A stretch of 63,948 bases of DNA, filler included, from 5 parts of 5 records of this genome joined end to end with filler, not necessarily neighbours in it, one strand, 5' to 3'. Shown: positions 50,826-61,735, numbered from the whole stretch's first letter. Notes: generated by a model from the sequence alone, not told the origin. Program-made: numbers and translations.

Positions 50826-51554
50826 ATGCAAAAAACAAAGAACCGATCAACAATCACCCGCAGGACATTCATGCTGGGCGCGATCCCGCTGACCCTGTCG
50901 CTTTCGGCCTGCGTGTCGACAAAGCCTGCCATAGACAAGCAGCCGGATGAGGAGACGCCCGAAGCCCGAGCCTTAACCCCGCGCAGCCCCGAACGCGATC
51001 TGCAATATGCGGCGGTGACCGACGATGGCCACGAAATCCCCGCGGTGCCCTATTGGCAGATGGACCCGAAACTGCTTCGTCAACGCGTCGAGAACCCGAC
51101 CGGCGAGCCGCCCGGCACCGTCGTCGTCGATACGCCCTCCCGGTTTCTCTATCTTGTCGAAGACGATGGCAGCGCCATGCGCTATGGCGTCGGTATCGGC
51201 CGAACCGGATTCTCCTGGGAAGGCGACGGCGTCATCCACTGGCGGCAGCACTGGCCGCGCTGGAAACCGCCGCGTGACATGATCGAGAGGGACCCGGCGC
51301 TCGAAATCTATTCGGTTGCCAATGGAGGCATGGCGCCGGGAATCATGAATCCTTTGGGCGCACGGGCGCTTTACATCTTTCAAAATGGCCAGGATACGCT
51401 TTACCGGCTGCACGGCTCGCCGGAATGGTCCTCCATCGGCAACGCGGTATCCTCGGGCTGCGTCCGCTTGCTGAACCAGGACGTTATCGACCTCTACGAC
51501 CGCGTGCCCTACCACGCCCGGATCGTCGTCCGCCAACAGCCGGTCGCCGTGTAG
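50826..51554 (+). CDS. L,D-transpeptidase (YkuD), Tat-lipoprotein
   Basis: TRRTF..LSAC, NPLGARALY, YRLHGS..IG.AVSSGCVRL. Confidence 0.93.
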   Translation: MQKTKNRSTITRRTFMLGAIPLTLSLSACVSTKPAIDKQPDEETPEARALTPRSPERDLQYAAVTDDGHEIPAVPYWQMDPKLLRQRVENPTGEPPGTVVVDTPSRFLYLVEDDGSAMRYGVGIGRTGFSWEGDGVIHWRQHWPRWKPPRDMIERDPALEIYSVANGGMAPGIMNPLGARALYIFQNGQDTLYRLHGSPEWSSIGNAVSSGCVRLLNQDVIDLYDRVPYHARIVVRQQPVAV

Positions 51555-51581
51555 CGTCGCTCAAGCAATTGGCCGTCGCCA

Positions 51582-52559
51582 TCAGGACGATGCGACGATC
51601 TCGGCCTCCGGAACTCGCCGCGCATAAGGCGCGTCGGAAGCGCAGGCCGGCTCCGCGCTTATCCCGGTGATGCCGCGCAGCCTTGTGATCGCGAAATCGG
51701 TAAAGGCCCGCACGACGGGCCGCATGAACTTCGTGGAGGGGTAGGTGAAGGATGCCGCGATCGGTTTTAGCGCGTAATTTGGCAATACCCGCACGAGACG
51801 TCCGTCGCGAATCTCGTCGATGATCTGATTGGTCTGAATTGTGCCGATTCCACGCCCGGAAAGCAGGCTCTTCAAAAGAACCTGCGCGCTGTTGGTCGTC
51901 AGCAAAGGCGTAACATTGACATTCACCGTTTCGCTCGCGTCACCGACAAGCTGAAGTTCGTTGCGTTTTTCAAGGACGTTCTTGGTGGCAACCAATGCGA
52001 CGTCGCAAAGCTGTTCCGGCGCGTCGACAGACGGGTTGGCATCCAGAAACTCCGGAGATGCCACAAGGATGCGCTGAAGCCAGCCAATGCGCCGCGCAAT
52101 GACATCCTGACCTTCGATCCTGCCAAAGCGAATGGCGATGTCGAAATTCTCGTGAATGAGGTCGACCTGCCTGTTTTCCAGCAGAAGCTCGACATTGGTT
52201 TTCGGGTGTGCATCGAGAAAGTCCATGACGATGCCATGAACATGCTTCTCTCCGATGCAGACCGGCGCGTGGATCCGCAAGGCCCCCTCCACCGCGCCGC
52301 CATCCAGCCTGACGCCTTCGAGCGCCGCATCGATCGAGGCCAGGGCATGCCGGCAGGCTTCGTAGAGTTCGGCGCCCTGGGCCGTCACCCGGACGTTTTT
52401 TGGAGACCGTTCAAGAAGGCGCGCGTTCAGGCGGGTCTCAAGATTTCTGATGTGTTTTGTCACGGCAGGCTGGGAGATGCCCAGATCGCGGGCGGCGGCG
52501 GTGATCGACTCCCGCTCGACGGTGCGAACGAAGGCCTTGAGAGCTGTATTGATGTCCAT
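51582..52559 (-). CDS. LysR-family transcriptional regulator
   Basis: SITAAARDLGISQPAVTKHIRNLE..L..RLLER; VDLIHENFDIAIR. Confidence 0.94.
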   Translation of the reverse strand: MDINTALKAFVRTVERESITAAARDLGISQPAVTKHIRNLETRLNARLLERSPKNVRVTAQGAELYEACRHALASIDAALEGVRLDGGAVEGALRIHAPVCIGEKHVHGIVMDFLDAHPKTNVELLLENRQVDLIHENFDIAIRFGRIEGQDVIARRIGWLQRILVASPEFLDANPSVDAPEQLCDVALVATKNVLEKRNELQLVGDASETVNVNVTPLLTTNSAQVLLKSLLSGRGIGTIQTNQIIDEIRDGRLVRVLPNYALKPIAASFTYPSTKFMRPVVRAFTDFAITRLRGITGISAEPACASDAPYARRVPEAEIVASS

Positions 52560-52687
52560 CGATAACGCCTCGTTATGGCACTCAGAGCACCATAACGGAT
52601 GGAATGTGCACCGACAAATGCTTTGCCTTGGCCATCAGGCCTCGATACGACTTACATCCCTGCGGCTGAGACAGGCAACCGCCCGGT

Positions 52688-53200
52688 TCAAGCGGACCTG
52701 TCATGCCCATCCCGGCTCAGCGCCAGGAGAACGAGCCCGAACACCGGCAGGAATATATCGGTCCAGAAGATCACTCCGGCATTGCCCGGCGCGAAATTAT
52801 GGTCGCGGACCATGGCGATCACGTGACCGATGGCAGCACCCCAGAGGAAACAAGCAGGACCGATGATCGCGGCGATCCTGAGGCCGCGACTGCCGGCAAA
52901 GGCCATGAACCCGACCACGGCGAAGCCGAGGCTGGCATAGCCGACCTCCGCCTGGAAAGGACTGTCCGCCCAGCCGATGAACGAGGCCGTCATCTTGCCG
53001 AAAAACACATGCATGACGAAGTTGTAGAACAGCGAGACGCCGATCGAGAAAAACAGGAACCATGCGAGCAGCGCCTCGACGACGGTTCCATGTGTGCGCG
53101 GCGACCTTCGCGCGGCGAGCGCGATCGCCGCGGCGATCAGGCCGAGGACGAAACAGGTCAACGTGATATTCGAGAGCACAAATTTGATTGCAGCGGCCAT
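52688..53200 (-). CDS. Small 4-TM membrane protein (DUF6790-like)
   Basis: IGWADSPFQAEVGYA, GAAIGH, NFAPGNAG. Confidence 0.7.
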   Translation of the reverse strand: MAAAIKFVLSNITLTCFVLGLIAAAIALAARRSPRTHGTVVEALLAWFLFFSIGVSLFYNFVMHVFFGKMTASFIGWADSPFQAEVGYASLGFAVVGFMAFAGSRGLRIAAIIGPACFLWGAAIGHVIAMVRDHNFAPGNAGVIFWTDIFLPVFGLVLLALSRDGHDRSA

Positions 53201-53405
53201 CCGGCCCTCCCTGTCTCCGCCGCCCCCGTCGCGACGCTCCGGCTACATGATAGCGCCAGACGCGGTTTCTGCAAATCGGCTTTCGTGCGCCGCTTCGCGC
53301 CCAAAAGCCGGCTTGAGAACTATTTAGCGATCCTTGCGATCCGCACTTCCGCGAAGGGGCGAGTGCCCGGCGGCGCCCCCGGAGACCTGTACCAGCTCCG
53401 GCGAC

Positions 53406-54230
53406 CTACACCCAGAACCCCGGCACGGTCTCTTCCAGCCGCGGTCCCAGCCTTAACGGCGCAATCTTTTCCGCCAACCCGGTCCGGTCCGAAATCTCCA
53501 CGCCGAGGCCGCAGATGGTGGCGGGGCCGGTGGCGGCTTCGAAGCGGGATTTGTTCATCTTGGAGATGAAGCGGTTGAGCGGTTCCTCCTTGTCCATGCC
53601 GAGCGAGGAATCGTAGTCGCCGCACATGCCGGCATCCGACATGAAGCCGGTGCCACCGTTGAGGATCTGGCAATCGGCGGTCGGCACATGGGTATGGGTG
53701 CCAACGACGAGGCTTGCGCGGCCATCGACGAAATGGCCGAAAGCCTGTTTCTCGCTGGTCGCCTCGGCATGAAAATCGAACACGATCGCATCGGCCTCGC
53801 TCTTCAGCGGGCAGGCTTCGAGAATGGTTTCGGCGGCCTTGAAGGGATCGTCGAGCTCGGGATGCATGAACACCCGGCCCATGATGTTGGCGACCAGAAT
53901 GCGCGCGCCGTTTCTGGCATAATAGAGCGAGGAGCCGCGCCCCGGCGTGCCGGCCGGATAATTGGCGGGCCGGAGAAACTGCTCGTGCCGGTCGGCGAAG
54001 ATGATCGCGTCCTTCTGGTCCCAGACATGGTTGCCGGTGGTCACCACATCGGCCCCGGCATCGATCGTGTCCTGGAAGATCGCCTCGGTAATGCCGAAAC
54101 CGCCGGCCGCATTCTCGCCGTTGACGATCACGAAATCGAGTTGCAGGTCGCTGATCAGGCCGGGCAACCGTTCCCACACCGCCGTGCGCCCGGTCTTGCC
54201 GACCATGTCTCCCAGAAAAAGCAAACGCAT
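53406..54230 (-). CDS. ymdB: YmdB/TIGR00282 metallophosphoesterase
   Basis: LFLGDMVG, NGENAAGG, TGNH, DFHAEATSEK, GTHTHVPTAD. Confidence 0.93.
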   Translation of the reverse strand: MRLLFLGDMVGKTGRTAVWERLPGLISDLQLDFVIVNGENAAGGFGITEAIFQDTIDAGADVVTTGNHVWDQKDAIIFADRHEQFLRPANYPAGTPGRGSSLYYARNGARILVANIMGRVFMHPELDDPFKAAETILEACPLKSEADAIVFDFHAEATSEKQAFGHFVDGRASLVVGTHTHVPTADCQILNGGTGFMSDAGMCGDYDSSLGMDKEEPLNRFISKMNKSRFEAATGPATICGLGVEISDRTGLAEKIAPLRLGPRLEETVPGFWV

Positions 54231-54416
54231 GAAAAATCCCATCAAACCGCGATCGCGGCACCAGCCGCCGTGGCCGGTTTAGTGCGGTTCAGCGCGAAAT
54301 GGAAGCCATCGTAACTGATGAAAGCGGCCTTTACGGATGCAACAGTCCCGCCATGAAATGGTTGGGCGGGACGGCACGCCTCGCGGATGGCCCCCGGGTC
54401 GGGCGTACTCGGATGA

Positions 54417-54986
54417 TTATTCGAACCAGCGAAATCCGGTCTCGGTTATCACGGCATCGAGCGGGATATCGTGGGGCTCGGCAGGCACCGCCGGCGCCTC
54501 CTGCAGGGCGAAGGCAACCGCGATCAGAAGCGGCTTTCGCCCGGCCGCGGCCATCCGGGCGATCGCCCGGTCATAATGGCCGGCTCCATAGCCGATGCGG
54601 TTGCCGCTCGCATCGAACACCGAAAGCGGTATCAGCAGGATATCGGGAATGACGATATCGGCGTCCTCGCCCGGCGCCATCGTCCCGAAACCGCAGGAAA
54701 CCAACGGCGCGCCGGTTTCATGGGCGCGAAAAGCGATCGTCTCGCGATCGATGACGGCGGGAAGCGCCAGACGCGCGCCGGCCTCCTCCAGCAGCTTCGC
54801 CAGAAGCGAGACATCGGCCTCGGAACGGATCGGGTGATAGGCGGCAAACCATCTGCGCGGCGCAAGCGGCGCAAGCGCGCTTGCGCCATGGGCGGCGATG
54901 GCGAGGCTCTTTGCATGTCGCTCTTCCGGCGAAAGCGCATCGCGCTTGGCAAGGCTTTGACGGCGCAGTTCGGGCTTGGAGAGCAA
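54417..54986 (-). CDS. 5-formyltetrahydrofolate cyclo-ligase
   Basis: ELRRQ..KR, PDILLIPL..FD..GNRIGYGAGHYDR, EPHDIPLD; TTG start after AAGGA. Confidence 0.92.
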   Translation of the reverse strand: MLSKPELRRQSLAKRDALSPEERHAKSLAIAAHGASALAPLAPRRWFAAYHPIRSEADVSLLAKLLEEAGARLALPAVIDRETIAFRAHETGAPLVSCGFGTMAPGEDADIVIPDILLIPLSVFDASGNRIGYGAGHYDRAIARMAAAGRKPLLIAVAFALQEAPAVPAEPHDIPLDAVITETGFRWFE

Positions 54987-55007
54987 GAGCGGTTCCTTCG
55001 GTTGAAG

Positions 55008-55168
55008 GCGGTCCACGACAACCGATGGAATCTGTTTGATCCTGGGCGCCTACAGTTGTAGGTGGGCGCCATATAACCCAGCCCACGGGCCGGGTCAGGG
55101 ACAGCTCCCTTAGGATCGAGTAAGGCCCCGGGGATTCGTGTTGATTCCTGTCGAGAAGCGCAGACCGT
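55008..55168 (-). ncRNA. ssrS: 6S RNA
   Basis: Classic zapA-ssrS-cyclo-ligase position; closing stem ACGGTCTGCG/CGTGGACCGC; alphaproteobacterial core TCCCCGGGGCC..GGGAGCTGTCCCTG..GGCGCCCACC. Confidence 0.88.
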
Positions 55169-55333
55169 AATCTTTATATAGAGCTTCGCGGGGTCCGCTG
55201 GAAGGGGTAATCGACGCGATATTTTGCGGAACCGCAATTGGCGATGATCTGGCCGTTTCTGGCCCCCTCCACGGCAGCCCCGGACGTATGTCGCCAGCGC
55301 CTCGATCCGAGACGCCTGACGCCGAGTGCGGGC

Positions 55334-55699
55334 CTATTTCGTTACGCCGGAGACCTTGCGGGAGAGCGAATTGATCCGGTCGGCGAGGCTTTCCAGCCTG
55401 CCGGCAAGCTCATCGGCCTCGGCGGCGCGGTTCTCGTCGGCGGAGCCCGAGGAGCGGCGCAGATCGGCAAGCTCGGCGGCATTGGAGTCCACCGCCGTCT
55501 GCAGGTCGTGGAGCTCGTCCATGATCATGATTCCGGCCATGACGGTCAGTCGCAGGTCGCCGATCTCGCCAAAATTGCCGCGCAGATTCGAGATATAGGA
55601 ATCAAACCGGGCGGCAAGGTCCAGAAGGTGGTCCTCCTGGCCTTCCTCGCAGGCCATCCGGTAGGCCTTGCCATCGATGTTGACGGTGACTTGCGCCAT
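55334..55699 (-). CDS. zapA: Cell division protein ZapA
   Basis: MAQVTVNIDGKAYRMACEEGQEDHL..GEIGDLRLTVMAGIMIMDEL. Confidence 0.93.
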   Translation of the reverse strand: MAQVTVNIDGKAYRMACEEGQEDHLLDLAARFDSYISNLRGNFGEIGDLRLTVMAGIMIMDELHDLQTAVDSNAAELADLRRSSGSADENRAAEADELAGRLESLADRINSLSRKVSGVTK

Positions 55700-55710
55700 T
55701 TCCCTCGTCC

Positions 55711-55992
55711 CTATTTCTCGTGGGCGAGCACGGAGCGTATGGTCTCCATCGCCGCCACCAGCCGACCGGAAACCTCGCGGTTGACTTCCTCAAGCCTGTT
55801 TGCGCGAAACTGCGCCTGGTCGAGTTCACGCGCAAGTCCCGCACGATCCTCGTGCACGATCCGGACCTCGTTTTCGAGATCCTCTCGGTTCTGGAGGTTT
55901 TCAGCCCGGGCATCGAGCGCATTTTCGAGCCCCGAAAATGCCTTCTCGAGTGCGGCCAGCGCGGCACCCAACCGGTCAGTTTTTGCGACCAT
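55711..55992 (-). CDS. DUF4164 coiled-coil protein
   Basis: DRAGLARELD..RANRLEEVNREVSGRL..AMETIRSVL; directly upstream of zapA. Confidence 0.85.
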   Translation of the reverse strand: MVAKTDRLGAALAALEKAFSGLENALDARAENLQNREDLENEVRIVHEDRAGLARELDQAQFRANRLEEVNREVSGRLVAAMETIRSVLAHEK

Positions 55993-56453
55993 TGTTTACA
56001 ACCCCACCCCATGATGGAATTTGACCCGGCATCTCTGGCCAACCATCGCTTCTTCGAGAGCGAATCGCCAAGATGCTCTAAATTTCATCGTGATCTTAGG
56101 GAGAGTTAACAGCAAAGGTCAACGCAGGCAGACAGTTGTCAATAGGAAACTTGGTCTGCCCCGCCGCCCATTCGCAATTTCCGGTCACGGGCCTTGCCCC
56201 GGACCCGCGCGATAATGCCGCAGCGCCCGCAAACTTGCTGATTTAAGCGGTGGCAGGCCTGTTTGAAATGGTGTACGGTCCCGACGATTTCGGAGCAAGG
56301 GGCGCCTGTGAAAGGCTGCCTTGATTGGCCGGAGCAACACAATAGTTTCAGCGGCAGCATTGCCGTCCGGCGATTTCGCCGGTAATCCGTCGACCAATGT
56401 CATTCCCAAAGACTGATGTCATTCCCACAGACTCAAGAAAAGCGAAGAAGAAC

Positions 56454-56666
56454 ATGACTTCTCTTGATAAACATAACCGGATGGCCAACGCGATCCGCTT
56501 CCTTTCCATGGATGCCGTTCAGAAGGCCAATTCCGGCCACCCCGGCCTTCCGATGGGCGCGGCCGATGTCGCCACGGTGCTCTTTACCCGCTTCATGCGC
56601 TTCGATCCGAAGAACCCCAACTGGCCGAACCGCGACCGCTTCGTCCTGTCCGCCGGCCATGGCTCC
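56454..56666 (+). CDS. tkt: Transketolase, N-terminal part
   Basis: [39 protein letters not shown]. Confidence 0.96.
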
Positions 56667-56766
56667 NNNNNNNNNNNNNNNNNNNNNNNNNNNNNNNNNN
56701 NNNNNNNNNNTTAATTAATTAANNNNNNNNNNNNNNNNNNNNNNNNNNNNNNNNNNNNNNNNNNNN
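56667..56766. other. Artificial contig linker
   Basis: N44-TTAATTAATTAA-N44. Confidence 0.98.
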
Positions 56767-56915
56767 ACGAAGACGCAGCCGTTCGAATCGACATATTGCG
56801 AGTCGGAATAGCCCGCAGGCGGAACCTCGGCCGGAATGCGCGCGCTCTGCGCCCCGGCGGCGGTGGCGCAGACCAGGGCGGCCAGCGCCGCGGCCGAAAG
56901 CATCCTGATACCCAT
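56767..56915 (-). CDS. Exported protein N-terminus, probably Rhodobacteraceae SPOR-domain protein
   Basis: Signal peptide then PAEVPPAGY...QYVDSNGCVF. Confidence 0.65.
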
Positions 56916-56982
56916 GGCGAACCCCCTGTTGCCCGCCGGAAGGATGCTACGCCGATTCGGCAGAGTAAAGGGTAAACGCCCC

Positions 56983-57615
56983 TTATTTAGTCCCGAACAT
57001 CCGGTCGCCCGCATCCCCTAGTCCGGGAACGATATAGCCGTGATCGTTGAGATGGCTGTCCAGCGCGGCGGTGACGATGCGCACATCGGGATGCGCCTCG
57101 TGCATGCGCTTGACGCCCTCGGGCGCGGCCAGCAGGCACATGAAGAGGATGTTCTTCGCGCCCGCCTTCTTCAGCAGATCGACCGCCGCGGCCGAGGAAT
57201 TGCCGGTGGCCAGCATCGGGTCCACGACGATGGTCCAGCGCTGGTCCAGATCCGGTGGCAGCTTGCAGTAATATTCAACGGGTTGCAGCGTCTCGGGGTC
57301 GCGGTAGAGGCCGACGAACCCGACCCGCGCCGCCGGGATCAGCTCCAGGATCCCGTCCAGAAGCCCGTTGCCCGCCCGCAGGATCGACACCAGCGCCAGC
57401 TTGCGCCCTTCCAGCATCGGCGCGTCCATCGGGCAGAGCGGCGTGTCGATGGTGACCGTGGTCATCGGCAGGTCGCGCGTCACCTCATAAGCCAGCAGCA
57501 TCGAGATCTCGCGCAGCAACTGGCGGAACTTGGAGGTGGACGTGTCCTTGTCGCGCATGATGCTCAGCTTGTGCTGCACCAGCGGATGGGTGACGACGGT
57601 CAACATTTCGGTCAT
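56983..57615 (-). CDS. upp: Uracil phosphoribosyltransferase
   Basis: [35 protein letters not shown]. Confidence 0.97.
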   Translation of the reverse strand: MTEMLTVVTHPLVQHKLSIMRDKDTSTSKFRQLLREISMLLAYEVTRDLPMTTVTIDTPLCPMDAPMLEGRKLALVSILRAGNGLLDGILELIPAARVGFVGLYRDPETLQPVEYYCKLPPDLDQRWTIVVDPMLATGNSSAAAVDLLKKAGAKNILFMCLLAAPEGVKRMHEAHPDVRIVTAALDSHLNDHGYIVPGLGDAGDRMFGTK

Positions 57616-58625
57616 GCGCGGCCCTCGATGATCTGGAGAATGCGGTCCTTGGTCGCCGCATCGCAGAAAGCGGCACGGGCGGCATCGGCGTTGATGGCGC
57701 GGAAATCCGCCTCTGTCCAGCTAAAGGCCTTGGCCAGCGCCTCGTATTCCTGAACCAGCGTGGTGCGGAAGAAGGGCGGATCGTCGGTCGAGAGGGTGAC
57801 GATCACCTCCCGCTCGCGCAGCTTGTCCACGGGATGCGCCGGGAAGCTGGGATAGACGCCGAGGAAGACGTTCGAGCCCGGGCAGACCTCCAGCACCACG
57901 CGATCCTCCGCCAGCCGGTCGACCAGCGCCAGATCGTCGATGGCCTGCACGCCATGGCCGATGCGTTCGGGCTTGAGGTAATCGAGCGCATCCCTGACCG
58001 ATTGCGCCCCGCCCCATTCCCCGGCATGGGCGGTCAGGCGGAGCCCGGCCTCCCGCGCGCAGTCGAAGGCCCAGGTGAAGTCCTTCGGATGGTGCATCTT
58101 CTCATCCCCGGCGATCCCGAAGCCGGTCAGGAAATCGCCCTTGGTCTCGACCGCGCAGATCGCCGCGGGGCGCGATTTTTCGGGCCCGAAATGGCGGATG
58201 GCGGTGACGATCCCCTTGAGCGTGATGCCGAAATCGCGCTGGCCGATGGCCGCCGCTTCCTCGATCGCGTGTAGGTATTCGCGCCAGGCCGACACATCGC
58301 CGCCGCCGCAGAAATCGGGCGACAGGAAGGTTTCGGCATAGATCACGCCGTCTTTGGCGCGGTCTTCCAGCACCGCCAGGCACAGGCGGTGGAAATCTTC
58401 GGGCGTTTGCAGGGTCGAGGTCGCGGCCTCATACACCTCCAGGAAATGCCAGAAGTCGCGATAGGCATAGCCGCCGTCCTCGGTGAAGATCTTCGAGATG
58501 TCGATCTTCTTCTCCTTGGCCAGCCCCCGGATGAAGGCGGGCGGCGCCGCGCCTTCGAAATGCAGGTGCAGCTCCACCTTGGGCAGGGCGGGGTCGATCT
58601 TTTCGCTCACAGGAAATGTCCTCAC
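57612..58625 (-). CDS. add: Adenosine/adenine deaminase
   Basis: [28 protein letters not shown]. Confidence 0.93.
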   Translation of the reverse strand: MRTFPVSEKIDPALPKVELHLHFEGAAPPAFIRGLAKEKKIDISKIFTEDGGYAYRDFWHFLEVYEAATSTLQTPEDFHRLCLAVLEDRAKDGVIYAETFLSPDFCGGGDVSAWREYLHAIEEAAAIGQRDFGITLKGIVTAIRHFGPEKSRPAAICAVETKGDFLTGFGIAGDEKMHHPKDFTWAFDCAREAGLRLTAHAGEWGGAQSVRDALDYLKPERIGHGVQAIDDLALVDRLAEDRVVLEVCPGSNVFLGVYPSFPAHPVDKLREREVIVTLSTDDPPFFRTTLVQEYEALAKAFSWTEADFRAINADAARAAFCDAATKDRILQIIEGRA

Positions 58626-59833
58626 AGAAAGGATTGGCCGGGACCCGTTTCGCTGAGTCCGAGGTGGGTGGCAACCGAAGCCGCAACATCAGTAAAGGCG
58701 CAAAGCCCGATCTCGCCCGTGCCCGCGCCATGGACCAGCACCGGCACCCGTTCGCGGGTGTGGTCGGTGCCGGTCCAGGTCGGGTCGTTGCCGTGATCGG
58801 CGGTGAAGAGGGCGATGTCGCCGGGTTTCAGCCGGGCCAGGAACTCCGCCGCCTTGGCATCGAAGCTCTCCAGCGCCCGGGCATAGCCCGAGACGTCGCG
58901 GGGATGGCCATAGAGGCTGTCGAATTCCACCAGATTGACGAAGGTGAGCGAGCCCTCCTCGGCCTCGTCCGCCAGCCGCAGCATATGCGTCACCAGATCG
59001 GCGTCCGACTTGCCCTTGTGCAGATGCGTGATGCCCCGATGGCTGAAGATATCGCCGATCTTGCCCACGGCATGGACGGTGCGGCCGTCGGCCTGCGCCC
59101 AGTCCATCAGTGTCGGTGAGGGCGGCTCGATGGCGAAATCGCGACGGTTGCCGGTGCGCTTGAAGGCGCCGGGCGTGCCGACGAAGGGCCGGGCGATGAC
59201 CCGGCCGACCCGGCGCGCGTGCAGGACGGGCGCGAGATCCTGACAGAGCCGGATCAGCCGCTCAAGACCGAAGGCCTCTTCATGGGCGGCGATCTGAAAG
59301 ACGCTGTCGGCCGAGGTGTAGCAGATCGGCCAACCGGTCCTGAGATGCTCGGCGCCGAGCGCCTCCATGATGGCCAGCCCCGCGGCGTGACAATTGCCCA
59401 GGATCCCCTCGGTCCCGGCCAGACGGCAGACCTCGGCCACCAGCGCCTCGTCGAAGGCGGGTTCGGTCTTGGGGAAATAGGTCCAGTCCCAGGGCACCGG
59501 CACGCCCGCCAGCTCCCAATGACCGGACGGCGTGTCCTTGCCCTTCGAGACTTCGGTCGCGGCGCCCCAGCGGCCCGTCGGCTCCGCCCCCAGCCCCGGC
59601 GCCTGCAGGCCCGAGGCCGCGGCAATGGCCCGGCCCAGCCCCAGCCCGTCCAGCACCGGCAGGCGCAGCGGGCCGCTGCGACCCTCCTCGGCCCGGCCAG
59701 CGGCGCAGGCCTGGGCGATATGGCCCAAGGTGTTGGCCCCGGTATCGGGATGGCCGTTGTTGAAGAAGGCCGCCGCATCCGGCGCCCCGCCACAGCCAAC
59801 GGAATCGAGGACCACGAGGAAAGCGCGCGTCAT
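58622..59833 (-). CDS. deoB: Phosphopentomutase
   Basis: VLDSVGCG, GKDTPSGHWE, YTSADSVFQIAAHE, TADHGNDPT..TDHTRE. Confidence 0.96.
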   Translation of the reverse strand: MTRAFLVVLDSVGCGGAPDAAAFFNNGHPDTGANTLGHIAQACAAGRAEEGRSGPLRLPVLDGLGLGRAIAAASGLQAPGLGAEPTGRWGAATEVSKGKDTPSGHWELAGVPVPWDWTYFPKTEPAFDEALVAEVCRLAGTEGILGNCHAAGLAIMEALGAEHLRTGWPICYTSADSVFQIAAHEEAFGLERLIRLCQDLAPVLHARRVGRVIARPFVGTPGAFKRTGNRRDFAIEPPSPTLMDWAQADGRTVHAVGKIGDIFSHRGITHLHKGKSDADLVTHMLRLADEAEEGSLTFVNLVEFDSLYGHPRDVSGYARALESFDAKAAEFLARLKPGDIALFTADHGNDPTWTGTDHTRERVPVLVHGAGTGEIGLCAFTDVAASVATHLGLSETGPGQSFL

Positions 59834-61131
59834 GCCACCCGCTCCTGAACCAGAGCCACCGGCGCGGGCGCCTCGCCCAGCCGATAGGCCTGCTGCAGCG
59901 TGGCGATGGCCGCTTCGGCCGCGTCCTCGCTCGCGGCATGGACCATGGCCAGCGGCGCGCCGGGGCCGACCGAGGCACCCGGTTCGGCCAGCGCCGAGAA
60001 GCCGACGCGCGGATCGACCGCATCACCGCCCGCCAGCCGCCCGCCGCCCAGATGCACCACCGCCGTCCCCACCGCGCGGGTGTCGATGGCGGCGACGATG
60101 CCGGGGCCGGGCGCCGGAACCTCGCGGATTACCGGCGCCTCGGGCAGAAGGTTCGCGTAACGCTCGACGAAATCGGCGGGGCCGCCCTGCGCCGCGACCA
60201 TCTGGCCGAACCGCTCGGCGGCGCTTCCGTCCTCGATCGCGGCGCGGATCTTCGCCGCGCCCGCCTCGGCGCTGGGGGCGAGCTTGGCGAGAAACAGCAC
60301 CTCGCCCGACAGCGCGCAGGTCAGGTCCAGCAACCGGGCGGAAGGCGCCCGCATGGTCAGCGTGTCCATCACCTCGGCCACTTCCAGCGCATTGCCTGCG
60401 GTCAGGGCCAGCGGGCGGTCCATGTCGGTGATCAGGGCCGAAGTCCGGCAGCCCGCGCCATTCGCCGTATCGACCAGCGAGCGGGCCAGCGCCCGCGCCT
60501 GATCGACCCCGGGCAGGAAGGCGCCCGACCCCTGCTTCACATCGAGGACCAGCACCTGCAGCCCGGCCGCCAGCTTCTTGGACAGGATCGAGGCGGTGAT
60601 CAGGTCGAGGCTTTCGACCGTCCCGGTCACGTCGCGGATCGCATAAAGGCGCTTGTCGGCAGGCGCGATGCGGCTTGAGGCGCTGACGATGGCGCAGCGC
60701 GTCTCGCGCATCAGGGCCCGCAGCCGGGGTTCCGAGACATCGACGTTATAGCCCGGGATCGCCTCCAGCTTGTCGAGCGTGCCGCCGGTGTGCCCCAGCC
60801 CCCGACCCGAGACCATCGGCACATAGGCGCCGCAACAGGCGAGCGCGGGCGCCAGCAGCAGACTGATCGAATCCCCCACCCCGCCGGTCGAATGCTTGTC
60901 GACCACCGGCCCGGGCAGATCCCAGGTCAGCACATCGCCCGAATCGCGCATGGCGCGGGTCAGGGCGACGCGGCAATCCTCGGGCACGCCCTTGAGCAGG
61001 ACCGCCATGGCGAAGGCCCCGGCCTGGGCATCGGTGACCTTGCCGCTGGCCAGCCCGCGCGCGAACCAGGCCATCCCCTCGGCCGAGGCGCGCCCGTCGC
61101 GAACCGATTCGATGACCGCGCGGGAATCCAT
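59830..61131 (-). CDS. deoA: Thymidine phosphorylase
   Basis: DKHSTGGVGD, SGRGLGHTGGTLDKLE, ASILSKKLA. Confidence 0.96.
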   Translation of the reverse strand: MDSRAVIESVRDGRASAEGMAWFARGLASGKVTDAQAGAFAMAVLLKGVPEDCRVALTRAMRDSGDVLTWDLPGPVVDKHSTGGVGDSISLLLAPALACCGAYVPMVSGRGLGHTGGTLDKLEAIPGYNVDVSEPRLRALMRETRCAIVSASSRIAPADKRLYAIRDVTGTVESLDLITASILSKKLAAGLQVLVLDVKQGSGAFLPGVDQARALARSLVDTANGAGCRTSALITDMDRPLALTAGNALEVAEVMDTLTMRAPSARLLDLTCALSGEVLFLAKLAPSAEAGAAKIRAAIEDGSAAERFGQMVAAQGGPADFVERYANLLPEAPVIREVPAPGPGIVAAIDTRAVGTAVVHLGGGRLAGGDAVDPRVGFSALAEPGASVGPGAPLAMVHAASEDAAEAAIATLQQAYRLGEAPAPVALVQERVA

Positions 61132-61535
61132 CAGACCCGGTCCATGTGTTCGGGGCCGAAGGCGCCGGGCAGGAGGTCGGTCATGGTCATGCTCATCGCC
61201 GAACCGTCGAGCGTGGCCATGGTGATCCGCGCCTCGGGCCCGGCGAATTCGCGGATCTTCTGGCGGCAGCCGCCGCAGGGCGTGGTCGGCGTCTCGGAAT
61301 CGGCGACAACGACGATCTCGGCGATGCGCGTGTCGCCGCCCGCGATCATCGCGGCGATGGCCCCGGCCTCGGCGCAGGTGCCTTCGGGATAGGCCACGTT
61401 CTCGACATTGCAGCCGGGATAGATCGCCCCCGACCCGGCCCGGATCGCGGCGCCGACCTTGAAGCGGGAATAGGGGACATAAGCCCTCTCACGGACGGCG
61501 AGAGCGGCTTCGAGCAGGTCCTGGGGAGGATTCAT
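61131..61535 (-). CDS. cdd: Cytidine deaminase
   Basis: PYSRFKVGAA, GCNVEN, CAE, PCGGCRQ. Confidence 0.96.
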   Translation of the reverse strand: MNPPQDLLEAALAVRERAYVPYSRFKVGAAIRAGSGAIYPGCNVENVAYPEGTCAEAGAIAAMIAGGDTRIAEIVVVADSETPTTPCGGCRQKIREFAGPEARITMATLDGSAMSMTMTDLLPGAFGPEHMDRV

Positions 61536-61597
61536 GGGGGTTCCCGGCTAAGTTTGACCGTTTGATCCAGCTTTGCCCAGCCCGCCGGGCGATGCAA

Positions 61598-61715
61598 CCC
61601 CTCGCTCGCGCCCCTGCCGCGGCCTCGGCGGAGTGGCGGCGGCCGAGGGGGCGCACGCCCTTGGGCCGAGGCGCCCGTGTGACGCGCGCAAGGGCGTATT
61701 TGGGGCAGAATGAAA
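61598..61715. repeat. GC-rich intergenic palindromic (REP-like) element
   Basis: Inverted pairs cctcggc/gccgagg (61623-61648) and acgcccttg/caagggcgt (61655-61697), followed by atttggggcagaatgaaa; single copy here. Confidence 0.45.
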
Positions 61716-61735
61716 GGACGGGCGCCGGGGAAGAG

